From: Squalus acanthias
Lineage: Eukaryota
Assembly: GCA_030390025.1 (NCBI GenBank)
Contig: CM059431.1
Location: 134,914,001 to 134,978,000, forward strand
Direction: 5' to 3'
DNA: 64,000 nt
Below the pieces are notes generated by a model that was given only the letters and a program-made list of their open reading frames with translations, was not told the origin of the DNA and ran no database searches. This document shows positions 51,848 through 64,000 of the stretch, piece after piece. A program made the position numbers and the translations under genes. Position 1 is the first letter of the stretch. Each line of letters starts with the position of its first letter.

Positions 51848-53085
51848 TCTGAAGCAAAGAACACTCTGGAAATCCAGCCAATGAATTTTAAACAGATACC
51901 AATGATCTGAGTGCTTGCAGGCAAGTGCCCCTTTAAATACCAGTTTCAATTTCCATTTAAATCCTGTGGCACCCAGTATTAATGAGCAGGTCCAATGCTT
52001 TGCAGTACTTCCACTATGATGAGTTAAAAGGGAGAACAGGATCCGAATGCCATCTTCGGACCCTGATTTAAATACATTAATGAGGCTCTTGTCTGCTTCA
52101 GGCAGGCATCTGACAATGTTCCCTGTAATTATTTTTCTGGCCACACCCCCTTTAAGGGGCGGCGCGGCCCATTCAAAATGTTTTTTTCTATTTACAAGCT
52201 GGCTGCACGTGGCTGCGCAGCATTGGCGCCTGGACCACTCTTTAATACTCTGTAGAAAATATGGCAGCAGGCAGGAACATCATGGTAGGTTCACCACACC
52301 GATTTTAACACCACAACTGCCCCAATTCTATCAGGCAGTGGGAGTTAAAACAAGCCCTGTAATTATTTACATACATCTTTGGAGCCACGTCCTCTTCACT
52401 GCCCGGTTCAACTGACTAGAGGTGCACAGCGTACACTCTGCCCAGTTGTCCCTCTAATTTGCATCAGGGTCCAATGCACGTCATAGGGCTCTATTTGCAT
52501 ACAGTAATGATGGTCCTGCCTGATTCATTCAGGCACCTGAGCCGCCCAGCGGAAGGCCCCAGTAAATATAGCGGTGGAGTGGGAACTCACAATTTTAACC
52601 CCGCTACTGCCTGGTTTCCACCAGACTGGCTAAGTTAAATTCAGCCCTTAAGTGTTTTCACGCTTGACTGTAGTTCAGTATTTTAGTGTTGGCACTGTGA
52701 TTTTTCTCATTTTTATCAGGAAATATGAATGGAGAAGAGAAATGACAATAGTAGGATTCCTAATTATGTGGCACATTTTGTAACAGTCAAAAATAGTCAT
52801 AAATTAAAGTATCACATTGCTCCTGGGACATATTGGCCCCGATATTAATCTGAAGAAGGCTTTCGAACATGAGTGGAATTGCGTGGGTGAAATCCAGAAG
52901 CCAACTCAGCAGGTCAGAATCTGCGATCACAACTGAATTAAAGCAATTAACTTTGACTTCTGGCTTTCGTATCTCCAAGCTGCGCAGCGGGCGTGATGCG
53001 CACCCAGCGTGATGCGCACCCACATGACGTGATCTGAACTGTATTTAAAGGGGCAATGCACATATGGAAATTGGAGGTATTCTTG

Positions 53086-54200
53086 ATGGATGGTGCACAT
53101 AGAGGAAGGACAGCACCCAGATTCAATGGCGTATCACTGGAATTACTGCTGGGTGCAGTCAGGAGGGACATACTGTTCCCCAGCGTTGGGAGGAAGAAAC
53201 CTGCGGCTCTCACCAAGAAGGCATGGTTGGAGGTAGCCCTTTTGTCTTGCATTCATGCATACAGCAAGTGTCACAGAACATGCATGAGGACAATTCCTCA
53301 GAGGACCTCATTCCTTCTGAGGGTGCACCGTCACAGGATGTACAGCCATGCACCAGCGCAAATACTGGCACATTGGTGAGTCCACTTAGACAATTGGGTT
53401 TTCACCTGGTGGTCCACAACTCACAAGTGAGCACGAGCAGACACTGGTGGTAGGGACAGCTGTGGAGAGTCCACGCGGGGGGGTGCAATGCTCTCCAAGC
53501 TGTGCTCAGCTGGACACATATGCTGAACCCCAGGGGCTATCGTTGAGAAGGAGAATGCTAGCAATATATCAGCAACTTGGCCAGGTACTGACAGATGTGC
53601 CACGCACTCGCTGCACTTAGTGGGGAGGATAGAAGAGTTCAACTCAACCGATAGTGGATTGGTGGCGCAGGGAATTGCTAGAATGTCTGCCGTGGAGAGA
53701 GTAGCAATTTCCCATGGAGAGAGTGGCAGCCTCTATGGAGCTTCAAGCACAGCTGTCAAATGAGTCCATGCAGGCCATGACCATGGATGTGCAGGAGATG
53801 TCTGCTGCCTTAAACAGGATGACAGATATTGTATTGATGGCCTTACAAAGTGTCACTGATCTCCACCAAGCTGGTTTGCAGCAGAGTGGTTGGAGTGATG
53901 TGGCACTAGTCCAGGAGAGAGATCATGGCGAAAGGGAACATGGAAGAGGAACTCCACTCAAAGCGCTCCCACTTCTCAACTGTTGCCTCCCCTCAGCCAG
54001 TACCTGACATGCTGTCTCATTTCCCGATGGCCAAGTCTGCCCCTGCACAGGTGCGGCCTTCAGGGGCTCCAAAACCCAGAACGCTTAGGCCAAAAGCATC
54101 TCAGCAGTTAGGGCAGGGATCTGAGCAGTCTGCCTCAGCTGAAGCCACATGGGATGCACCACGTAGAAGCAGTAGGAAGTTTAAGTTCAAGAAATTGTAA
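53086..54200 (+). pseudogene. Harbinger Myb/SANT-like DNA-binding protein remnant
   Basis: RTAPRFNGVSLELLLGAV..RDILFP..GRKKP....KKAWLEVA (Myb_DNA-bind_5/MSANTD-like) plus low-complexity C-terminal pieces. Confidence 0.75.
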
Positions 54201-54497
54201 TTCACCAAGGATATGCACATAGTTGTTTGAGAAAATGTTATGTGTTAAGTTTCCTTTTTTTATTACGCCACATGAAATTTATTGATTAGCATCACTTCCA
54301 CGTCTTGCCCATTATTGCGTCCCGAGTGCCAACTCACCCTTTCACTTGTTTCATGATGAATGTCAATACATGATGGGACACATTGCACAGCTGTGCAGTG
54401 GGTGAATGAGTGGTTGTTTAGTGCAAAGGGAGGCACCCCCAGGTGGCAGTCCTGGTGGTGGGAGCAGACCGCTGGATTTCATTTCTTATGTTTTATA

Positions 54498-56470
54498 CTA
54501 GGTAAACCTTTGTGATATTAGGGCATCCCTGGCAGCAATGTAAATGGCTGGTGTGGCGATGTGTGCCCCATCTTCATCCTCCTCCACTATGTTCTCCTCA
54601 TCCAAAGATGAGTGATGAGCCCCTTCGTCTTCCTCCACTTGCAATCCTCTCTGCTGCGTAATGTTGTGCAGGACGCAGCACATCACTGTTATGCTGGAGA
54701 CTCGCTGGCGAGTACTGAAGGGAGCCTCCAGACCTATCTAGGCACCTGAAGCGCAACTTCAACATTCCAATGGCTTGCTCGATGACACACCTGGTGGTCA
54801 TGTAGCTCTCGTTGTTGCGCTCCTGTACCTCATTGGTAAGGTTCCTCACCGGTGTCATGAGCAAGGTTTGAAGGGGGTATCCCTTGTCTCCTCAGACAAG
54901 GTCTGGAATGTTGGATTGCCACAGTATGAATGCATCATGACAGGTCCCAGAGAATCTAACGCAGACCTGCATGAACCTCTTCTTGTGGTTGCACACCAGC
55001 TGTGCATTGATGGACGAATATCCCTTGTGGTTTATAAAAAACTCCTGGTTGCTGTGGTGGTGCTCAGATTGCCCCGGTTCCCACCACAAACTCTATTCCA
55101 TAGCCACCAACTCCATCCCTCTCCTTGCCAACTGTCTGAGGCTCAACCAGACCGTTCGCAACCTTGGTGTCGTATTTGACACTGAGATGAGCTTCCAACC
55201 ATATATCCACGCTATCACCAAGCCCACCTATGTCTGCCTCCGTAACATCGCCTGACTCCGCCCCTGCCTCAACTCGTCTGCTGCTGAAACCCTCATTCAT
55301 GCATTTGTTACCTCTGGACTTAACTGTTCCAACGCTCTGCTGGCCGGCCTCCCGACTTCCACCCTCCATAAACTTGAGCTCATCCAAAACTCTGCTGCCC
55401 TTATCCTAACTTGCACCAAGTCCCGTTCACCCATCACCCCTGTGCTCGCTGACCTACATTGGGTCCTGTCCGGAAACGCCTCAATTTTAAAATTCTCATC
55501 CTAGTTTTCAAATCCCTCAATGGCCTCACCCCTCCCTATATCTGTAACCACCTCCAACCCTACAACCCGCCAAGATCTCTGTGCTTCCTCCAATTCTGGC
55601 CTCTTGCACGTCCCCGATTTTAATCGCTCCACCATTAGCAGCTGCGCTTTCAGTTGACTAGGCCCTAAACTCTGGAATTTCCTCCTTAAACCTCTCTGCC
55701 TCTCTACATCTCCTCCTTTAAGATGCTCCTTAAAACCTACCTCTTTGATCAAGCTTTCGGTCATCTGTTCTAATATCTCCTTACATGGCTCAGTGTCAAA
55801 TTTTGTTTGATTAAGCTCCTGTGAAGCGCCTTGGGATGTTTTACTATTTAAAAGCGCGCTATAAATGCAAGTTGTGTGTGCTGTCAGTGGCACCCTGTAC
55901 CCGTGGGAATCCAGCCAGAGAGGCGAATCTGAGTGCCTGCTCATTCTGGCTATTGTCATCACAGAGGAAGTTTACATAACTCTCAGTCCTGGCAAACAAG
56001 CCATCCATCACCTGCCATATGCATTTATATGCAACAGACTGGGAGACCCTCGAGATGTCTCCAGTAGTGCCCTGGAAGGAACCAGAGACAAAAATTTTGA
56101 GGGTGGTGGTGACCACTGGTAATGTGTGCTTGCCAGTTCCAACGGGTAGCAGGACTTCTAGGAGGCTGCAGATGTCTGCCACCACCTGACGTGACAACCT
56201 CAGCCTGCGGAAGCACTGCTCTTCCGAGAAGCCAAGGAAGCTGAACCTCTGTAAACCCTGTAACATGGACAGTGCCTCCTGCGACCTCGGTCCCTCTTCG
56301 GTGCACCTCCCTCCTGTGCACATGCTGATCCCACCACAGCACGTTGTCGTTGCCGTGGATGGTAATGGTCTTCCTTTTCTGATGTGCTGTCAACCACATC
56401 CAACGCACCTCCCATCCTGATCTTGTCATTTTCAAAGCCTCCAAACACAAGAACTCTCTGCCAAACATTT
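54498..56470 (-). pseudogene. Harbinger DDE transposase split by L2
   Basis: LKIFVSGSFQ ... GFPRVQGATDSTH at 55876-56320, then [37 protein letters not shown] and CCVLHN at 54498-55070. Confidence 0.88.
55072..55874 (+). mobile_element. L2 3' fragment
   Basis: VRNLGVVFD..MSF motif; tail GCGCTATAAATGCAAGTTG. Confidence 0.88.
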
Positions 56471-56514
56471 GCCAGAGGGGACTGAGACATAAACTGTAAT
56501 CAGTGAATTTTATT

Positions 56515-59151
56515 CATATGGGGCAATGACACCCCCTGCCGTGTTTTCACTATCCCCTCTGACCTTCCCCTCTCTGACCCCGAACGATCAGTCCTTAGCA
56601 AAGGCCTGAGCTTCATCCCCTTACGCCCCCATCTCAATGAATTTCGAGCTCGGCACGATGCTGAGCTCTTTTTCCGCTGCCTTCGTTTCCGTGCCCACTT
56701 CTTTGGCCAGGAGTCTTCCCCCCCTTTCTCCCGTTTTCAGAATTCTCGTTCTACCTGGACCCCTCCCTGTGGCCTCTTAACCTCTCTAGATCTTTTCATT
56801 GCAAACTGCCGGCGTGACATTGGCCGTCTCAATTTCTCCGCTCCCCTCACTCACTTCAACCTACCTCCCTCTGAACTTGCAGCATTCCATTCTCTCAGAT
56901 CCAACCCCAACATTGTCATTAAACCTGCTGACAAGGGTGGTGCTGTTGTTGTTTGGCGAACCGACCTCTACCTAGCGGAGGCTGAACGCCAACTCTCCGA
57001 CACCTCCTCCTACCTCCGCCTGGACCATGACCCCACTACCGAACATCAAGCTACCATTTCCAAGACCGTCACTGACCTCATCTCCTCTGGAGATCTTCCC
57101 TCCATGGCCGCCAACCTCATAGTTCCCCAACCTTGCACAGCCCACTTCTACCACCTTCCCAAGATACACAAACAGGACTGCCCTGGTAGACCCATAGTTT
57201 CAGCCTGTTCTTGCCCCACGGAACTTATCTCTTCCTATCTCAACTCTAATTTTTCTCCCCTTGTCCAGTCTCTTCCCACCTACATCAGTGACTCTTCCGA
57301 CGCCCTCCGGCACTTTTACAGTTTCCACTTTTTGGCCCCAACCGTCTCCTTTTCACTATGGACGTCCAATCCCTCTACACCTCCATCCCCACCAGGATGG
57401 CCTGAGGGCACTCCGCTTCTTCCTTGAACAGAGGCCCAACCAGTCCCCACCCACCACCACTCTCCTCCGCCTTGCTGAACTTGTTCTCACGTTGAACAAC
57501 TTGTCCTTCGACTCCACTCACTTCCTCCAAATTAAAGGTGTTGCTATGGGAACCCACATGGGTCCCAGCTATGCCTGCCTTTTCATGGGATATGTGGAAC
57601 ATTCTTTGTTCCAGTCCTACTCGGGTCCCCTCCCTCACCTCTTTTTCCAGTACATTGATGACTGTATCAGTGCTGTTTCCTGCTCTCGCCCTGAACGAGA
57701 AACTTTCATTCACTTTGCTTCCAATTTCCACCCTTCCCTCACCTTCACATGGTTCATCTCTGACTCTTCCCTTCCCTTCCTCGACATCTCTGTCTCCATC
57801 TCTGGGGATAGGCTATTGACAAACATTCACTACACGCACACTGACTCCCACAGCTACCTGGACTACACTTCCTCCCACCCCGCTTCCTGTAAGGACTCTA
57901 TTCCATTCTCCCAGTTTCTCCGTCTCCGCCACATCTGCTCTGACGATGCCACCTTCCATACTAGTGCTTCCGACATGTATTCCTTTTTCCTCAACCGAGG
58001 ATTCCCCTCTACTGTGGTTGACACGGCCCTTGACCGTGTCCATTCTATTTCCCGCACTTCTGCTCTCACCCCTTCCCCTCCCTCCCGGAACCATGATAGG
58101 GTTCCCCTTGTCCTCCCCTTTCACCCCACCAGCCTCTATATTCACCGGATCATCCTCCGCCATTTCCACCACCTCCAACGTGATCCCACCACCAAACACA
58201 TCTTCCCCTCACCTCCCCTTTCAGCATTCCGAATGGACCGCTCCCTCCATGACAGCCTGGTCCACTCCTCTAACACCCCCAACACCCCTTCCCCTTCGCC
58301 TGGCACCTTCCCATGCAAGCGCAGGAGATGCAACACATGCCCTTTTACCTCCACCCTTCCCACTGTCCAGGGCCCAAAACACTCCTTCCAGGTGAAACCG
58401 CGATTTACTTGTACTTCTTGCAATTTAGTATACTGTATTTGCTGCTCACGATGCGGTCTCCTCTACAACGGGGAGACCAAACGCAGATTGGGTGACCGCT
58501 TTGCGGAACACCTCCGTTCAGTCTGTAAGGGTGACCCCGAGCTTCCGGTCGCCTGTCACTTTAATTCTCCGCTCCACTCCCACTCAGACCTCACCGTCCT
58601 CGGCCTCTTACACTGTTCCAATGAAGCTCAACGTAAGCTCGAGGAACAGCACCTCATCTTTCTATTAGGCACTTTACAGCCTTCTGGACTCAACATAGAG
58701 TTCAACAATTTCAGACCATAACCTCTGCCCCTATCCTTTTTTTCCATTTATTTTATTTATTTATATTTTTTTATCTCTCCCACATGGCAGCTGTCTTTCA
58801 TTCTGCAAGAGCCATTTACACTTCATCCAGAGCCATCTTTTGTTTCTTAACTTGTCCCATTACCATCTCCTTTTGCCTTGCACCATCTCTTAATCTCACT
58901 TAATCTCTCCTGCCTTCCATCCTATCACAGACCTTCCCTTTTGTTCTTTCCTTCCCCCCGCCCCCTTTCCCTGCTCCTGCACTTTCTTAAAAACCTGTTC
59001 CATCTAAATCTTTTTCCAGTTTTGACGAAGGGTCATCGACCTGAAACGTTAACTCTGTTTCTCTCTCCACAAATGCTGCCAGACCTGCTGAGTATTTCCA
59101 GCATTTTCTATTTTTATTTCAGGTTTCCAGCATCCGCAGTATTTTGCTTTT
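56515..59151 (+). mobile_element. Penelope-like element (RT plus GIY-YIG endonuclease) with 3' terminal repeat
   Basis: KPADKGG, YHLPKIHK...GRPIVS, QIKGVAMGT, YIDD and VYCI.C..C.LLY.GET.R.L..RF.EH motifs; stop at 58721; C-rich strand; frameshifted. Confidence 0.93.
59018..59054 (+). ncRNA. Degenerate minimal type I hammerhead ribozyme in the Penelope terminal repeat
   Basis: AGTT-TTGACGA-AGGGTC atc GACCT-GAAA-CG-TT-AACT; core C3 is replaced by U. Confidence 0.6.
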
Positions 59152-60889
59152 GACAAGTTTAAATACCCACCTGATCTGCAGCTCAATCTCACCTCTGTTT
59201 TCCTGGTCAGTTTCCCAAGCCTGCAAAACGCTGGAGATGTTAAATTTAAAACTAAGTTAAATTCAATTTAAAAACACCTCATTAACTTCTACTAAGGAGT
59301 TTAATTGCATCAATAACTACCTGCCTGCCTGCGGTAATTAAACCCTGACTTCGACGTGTCGGTTACACTTGAAGTTTGTTTTGTTCTGTGATGAGCAACA
59401 GTTTATCTTTGCCAACAATTCAAGTCAATACTTTTATAAAATGGGGGGAGTTTTAACCCGCAAGAACAGTTGGGTTGGGGGCAGGTGGGACTTAAACTGA
59501 ATGATTTTTTGATCGTAACCACAACCCGGTTCCAACGTCCACTTCCAGGTTTAGTGGCAATATAATGTCACTACATCTGAGGTATCCTGACGTGACCCTT
59601 CAATCTGCTTAAAAAAATCAAGCCCTGTCTGCAAGGTACTAATTAATCTTTGCCTGTTAGCACTTGAAAAAAAATCCTGCCTCTCTCTGAAAGATCTGTG
59701 GTGTGAGCATGATATGTAGAGGATATTTCTTAGAGCAAATATGAACTCTACCAAGTTAGGTAATTGTATCTTTTATCCTTCAGGATGGATCCCCCACACA
59801 TTCTGAAGTCTAACAAAGTAGTGGAAGACTAGGAGGAGAGAGGTCCTTATGGTGGATAGCTACTCACGCTGTTAAAACAGACCTGTCAAAGATTCAGGAG
59901 TCCTCTAGTAAATCTACATAACCACATGACAAACATCATCAGTGGAAATTTGCTACAGTGCTGTCCAACAAGTGACTGAAACAACGGATGGTGTGCCCTT
60001 CAGCAATCTAGTGTGCTTCTTGCCACTGGGCAAATGACAGCTTAGTAAGTGACTTACCCAGAGTCTTGAGTTCATAAAGATGCAAAGAGTTTGTTTGATT
60101 GGCAAATGGGTTTTGTACAGTCAATACAGAAGTTAAAGCCTGATAGGTGCGAGTACAATGAGGATGAACAGACTCTGAATGATGGGCAGGAACATTAAAA
60201 ATTGCAAAAGTAATTTGGTTTGTAAGGAAGTGGAAAATCATATGAAGCAAGAATTGAAGATGCATATGCAGTAACAGCTGATCAGGATGCCACACCAGAT
60301 GAGGCTGATGAACAACCAGCAGCTCCAGGGGTACCATTAGGACCGTAGAACCCGAGCCAATCAAGGGCCCTGAACAGATCCAGTGAAAGGACACCTACCC
60401 AATGGTAATAGCCGATCACTGATCATATTGTCAACTGTTTTTATGTTACCTATTGCAAACATGCCTTTTCTTAACCGTAAACATGCAGATTTGACACCAG
60501 ATTAAGAAGGTAAAATGTAGGGGTCCCAAACTGAACCTTTCCATGGGGCCCCCACAAGGTAAATGTCACTCCTGAGCAAGTCAATCATCTCTCCTGCTAA
60601 AGCCAGAGCTACTAAAAGGGCTATTTTTCAAGCATGAAATTTCAGATCATTTGTGATACTGGGTTTGAAAGGGGTATATGGCAAATTTTGTAACACTAAG
60701 TTCAAGTCTCAAGCAAGGACTAGAAGGCTATGATCTCTGTAAGGTGTGTGGGTGCTTGGCCGCGCAGCGATCTGTAAGATCTGCACACTTTTAAAGAGGC
60801 ATTGAAATGCTTAAAATATTTTAAAATTGAAGTTTCTCAATATTTGATTTGGAACAATTGAGTGAAGTGAGTAGCTTTACACAAACATG

Positions 60890-63822
60890 CAACTCATTTG
60901 TCAGGGGGATGGGAAAAAGGGCTGTAGTCCACGAGCCAGTGGTGAGTGTAGGGAGGTACTGAGGAGGGTATCAAGGTCGCAGGAATGTACCGGCAGACAG
61001 GAAGATGGCTTGAAGTGTGTCTACTTCAATGCAAGGAGCATCCGGAATAAGGTAGGAGAACTTGGAGCGTGGATTGGTACTTGGGACTACGATGTGGTGG
61101 CCATTACGGAGACATGGTTAGAACAGGGACAGGAATGGTTGTTGGAGGTTCCGGGGTATAGATGTTTCAGTAAGAGTAGGGAAGTTGGTAAGAAAGGTGG
61201 AGGAGTAGCATTGTTAATCAAGGATAGTTTAACAGCGGCAGAAAGGCAGTTCGAGGGGGATCTGCCGTCTGAGGTAATATGGGCTGAAGTTAGAAATAGG
61301 AAAGGAGCGGTCACGTTGTTAGGAGTTTTCTACAGCCCCCAAATAGTAATAAAGATGTGGAGGAAGAAATTGCAAAGCAGATTATGAATAGGTGTGGAGG
61401 TCACAGAGTAGTTGTCATGGGTGACTTCAACTTTCCAAATATTGATTGGAACCTTTATAGGTCAAACAGTTCGGATGGGATAGTTTTTGCACAGTGTGTG
61501 CAGGAGGGTTTCCTGACACAATATGTGGATAGGCCGACAAGAGGTGGGGCCACGTTGGATTTGGTACTGGGTAATGAACCGGGCCAAGTGTTTGATTTGT
61601 ATGTGGGAGAGCACTTTGGAGATAGTGACCACAATTCGGTAACTTTCACTATTGCAATGGAGAGGGATAGGGCCATACGGCAGGGCAGGGTTTATAATTG
61701 GGGGAGGGGTAATTATGATGCGATTAGGCAAGAATTAGGGAGTATAAGATGGGAACAGAAACTATCAGGGAAAGGCACAAACGGAAAGTGGAGCTTTTTC
61801 ATGGAGCAATTACTGCGTGTCCTTGATAGGAATGTCCCTGTCAGGCAGGGAGGAAATGGCCGAATGAGAGAACCATGGTTCACAAAAGAGGTTGAATGTC
61901 TAGTCAAGAGGAAAAAGGAAGCGTATGTAAGGATGAGAAAACAAGGTTCAGTTGGGTCGATTGAGGGGTACAAGGTAGCAAGGAATGAGCTAAAAAAGCT
62001 TAGGAGAGCTAGGAGGGGGCATGAGAAGTCCTTGGCGGGTCGGATCAAGAAAAACCCCAAGGCTTTTTACTCTTATGTGAGAAATAAAAGAATGACCAGG
62101 GTGAGGGTAGGGCCAGTCAAGGACAGTAGTGGGAACTTGTGCATGGAGTCAGAAGAGATAGGAGAGGTGATGAATGAATACTTTTCGTCAGTGTTCACCG
62201 AGGAGAGGGGCCATGTTCTTGAGGATGAGAGTGTGATAAAGGTGGATAGGCTGGAGGTGGTAGATGTTCTGAGGGAAGATGTTTTAGCAATTTTGAAGAA
62301 CTTGAGGGTCGATAAGTCCCCTGGGCCAGATGGGATATATCCAAGGATTCTTTGGGAGGCAAGGGAGGAGATTGCAGAGCCTCTGGCTTTGATCTTTGGG
62401 TCCTCACTGTCCACGGGGATGGTGCCAGAGGACTGGAGAGTGGCGAATGTTGTTCCTCTCTTCAAGAAAGGAAATAGGAATGACCCTGGTAATTATAGGC
62501 CGGTTAGGATTTATGACCATTTGGAAAGGGGCAACTTAATCAGGGGTAGTCAACACGGATTCGTGAAGGGTAAGTCTTGCCTAACAAATTTGATTGAATT
62601 CTTTGAGGAGGTAACTAAGTGTGTAGATGAAGGTAGAGCAGTTGATGTCGTATACATGGATTTTAGTAAGGCGTTTGATAAGGTTCCCCATGGTCGGCTC
62701 ATGAAGAAAGTAAGGAGTTGTGGGATAGAGGGAAATTTGGCCGATTGGATAAGTAACTGGCTATCTCATAGAAGGCAGAGGGTGGTGGTGGATGGAACAT
62801 TTTCGGACTGGAGACCAGTTACCAGCGGTGTGCCACAGGGGTCGGTGCTGGGTCCTCTGCTGTTTGTGATTTTTATCAATGACTTGGAGGAGGGGACTGA
62901 AGGGTGGATCAATAAATTTGCTGATGACACCAAGATTGGTGGAGTAGTGGATGAGGTGGAGGGCAGTTGTAGGCTGCAAAGAGACATTGATAGGATGCAG
63001 AGCTGGGCCGAAAAATGGCAGATGGAATTTAACCCTGATAAGTGCGAGGTAATTCATTTTGGTAGGGCAAATTTGAATAAGGATTACAGGGTCAACGGCA
63101 GGGTTCTGAGGAACGTGGAGGAGCAGAGGGATCTGGGGGTTCATATCCACAGATCTCTGAAGGTTGCCACTCAAGTGGATAGAGCAGTAAAGAAGGCCTA
63201 TGGTGTGTTGGCGTTTATTAACAGAGGGTTTGAGTTTAAGAACCGTGAGGTTATGCTGCAACTGTACAGGACCTTGGTGAGACCACATTTGGAATATTGT
63301 GTGCAGTTCTGGTCACCTCACTATAGGAAGGACGTGGAAGCATTGGAAAGAGTGCAAAGGAGATTTACCAGGATGCTGCCTGGTTTGGGGAGGAGGTCTT
63401 ATGAGGAAAGATTGAGGGAGTTGGGGCTTTTCTCTTTAGAGCGGAGGAGGATGAGAGGCGACTTAATAGAGGTTTATAAGATGATGAGGGGGATAGATAG
63501 AGTGGATGTTCAGAGACTATTTCCTCGGGTAGAGGCAGCTGTTACAAGGGGGCATAACTATAAGGTGCATGGGGGGAGATATAGAAGGGATGTCCGAGGT
63601 AGATTCTTTACTCAGAGAGTGGTTGGGGTGTGGAATGGACTGCCTGCTGTGATAGTGGAGTCGGACACTTTAGGAACTTTCAAGCGGTTATTGGATAAGC
63701 ACATGGAGCACACCAGAGTGATAGGGAGTGTGATAGCTTGATCTTGGTCTCGGACAATGCTCGGCACAACATCGAGGGCCGAAGGGCCTGTACTGTGCTG
63801 TACTGTTCTATGTTCTATGTTC
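60890..63822 (+). mobile_element. Young CR1 LINE with near-complete ORF2
   Basis: 166-aa EN N-terminal frame plus 794-aa ORF; one frameshift near 61335; (GTTCTAT)n tail. Confidence 0.95.
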
Positions 63823-64000
63823 ATGGTGTTGAAGGCTGTCGGAGTGCAGCTCGGAACAGAGTGTTAAGCTGCGAGTTTGGTGAGTGAGGGAGTAAATCTT
63901 AAAGGTTAATCTCTTTTTTTATAACATCTAGTCTTGTGTGCTTGCAATTAGCATTTAACTTAAATTTAAATTTACTGTTTCAAGTTTTAAGTTTCTTCCA

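Larger units (their letters stand above)
49310..52356. mobile_element. Broken PIF/Harbinger element 2
   Basis: Partner-gene remnants on plus at 49340-49850 (AHN..ER.RTGG); transposase on minus at 49850-50062 and 50726-51600 (GKKDYPL, RTIIEHTIRLLK, CLDRS, CSILHN). Confidence 0.75.
52834..59345. mobile_element. Broken PIF/Harbinger element 3 with nested L2 and Penelope
   Basis: Myb/SANT gene on plus and transposase on minus, convergent; outer boundaries approximate. Confidence 0.72.

Noticed and set aside
59560..60575. Possible hAT transposase remnant with a TIR-like end near 60545-60574
   Set aside because: The motifs are too degraded and no matching opposite end or TSD was found.
44..63824. 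Numerous 60-250 aa ORFs antisense to LINE and Penelope ORFs
   Set aside because: Shadow frames of retroelement coding sequence.
1..64000. CRISPR array or prokaryotic-type system
   Set aside because: No repeat-spacer array or operon structure; the sequence is vertebrate intronic and intergenic DNA.

Overview
Eukaryotic, transposon-dense vertebrate DNA. The repeat content (esterase-ORF1 CR1 LINEs, Deu-domain tRNA-SINEs, L2, Penelope, two-gene Harbingers) suggests a cartilaginous fish; this is an inference. The only host gene I can support is the 5' part of a UGGT-family gene (best match UGGT2) on the minus strand. It has four coding exons with consistent GT-AG phases (47502-47479, 27667-27537, 17553-17474, 12396-12266), and the rest of the gene lies left of base 1. 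Most of the long ORFs are decayed CR1 ORF1/ORF2 pieces or their antisense shadows. The window also holds a 1,682-bp solo LTR with a 4-bp TSD, three broken PIF/Harbinger elements (DDE transposase plus convergent Myb/SANT gene), several Harbinger-type MITEs, a Penelope element with a degenerate minimal hammerhead ribozyme, a Vingi-like LINE tail, an LF-SINE-like relic and a templated inverted insertion. I see no convincing wholly new biological system. The best leads are TE-derived regulatory or RNA elements in and around the UGGT introns. Family names come from recalled motifs, not database searches, and most TE boundaries are approximate.
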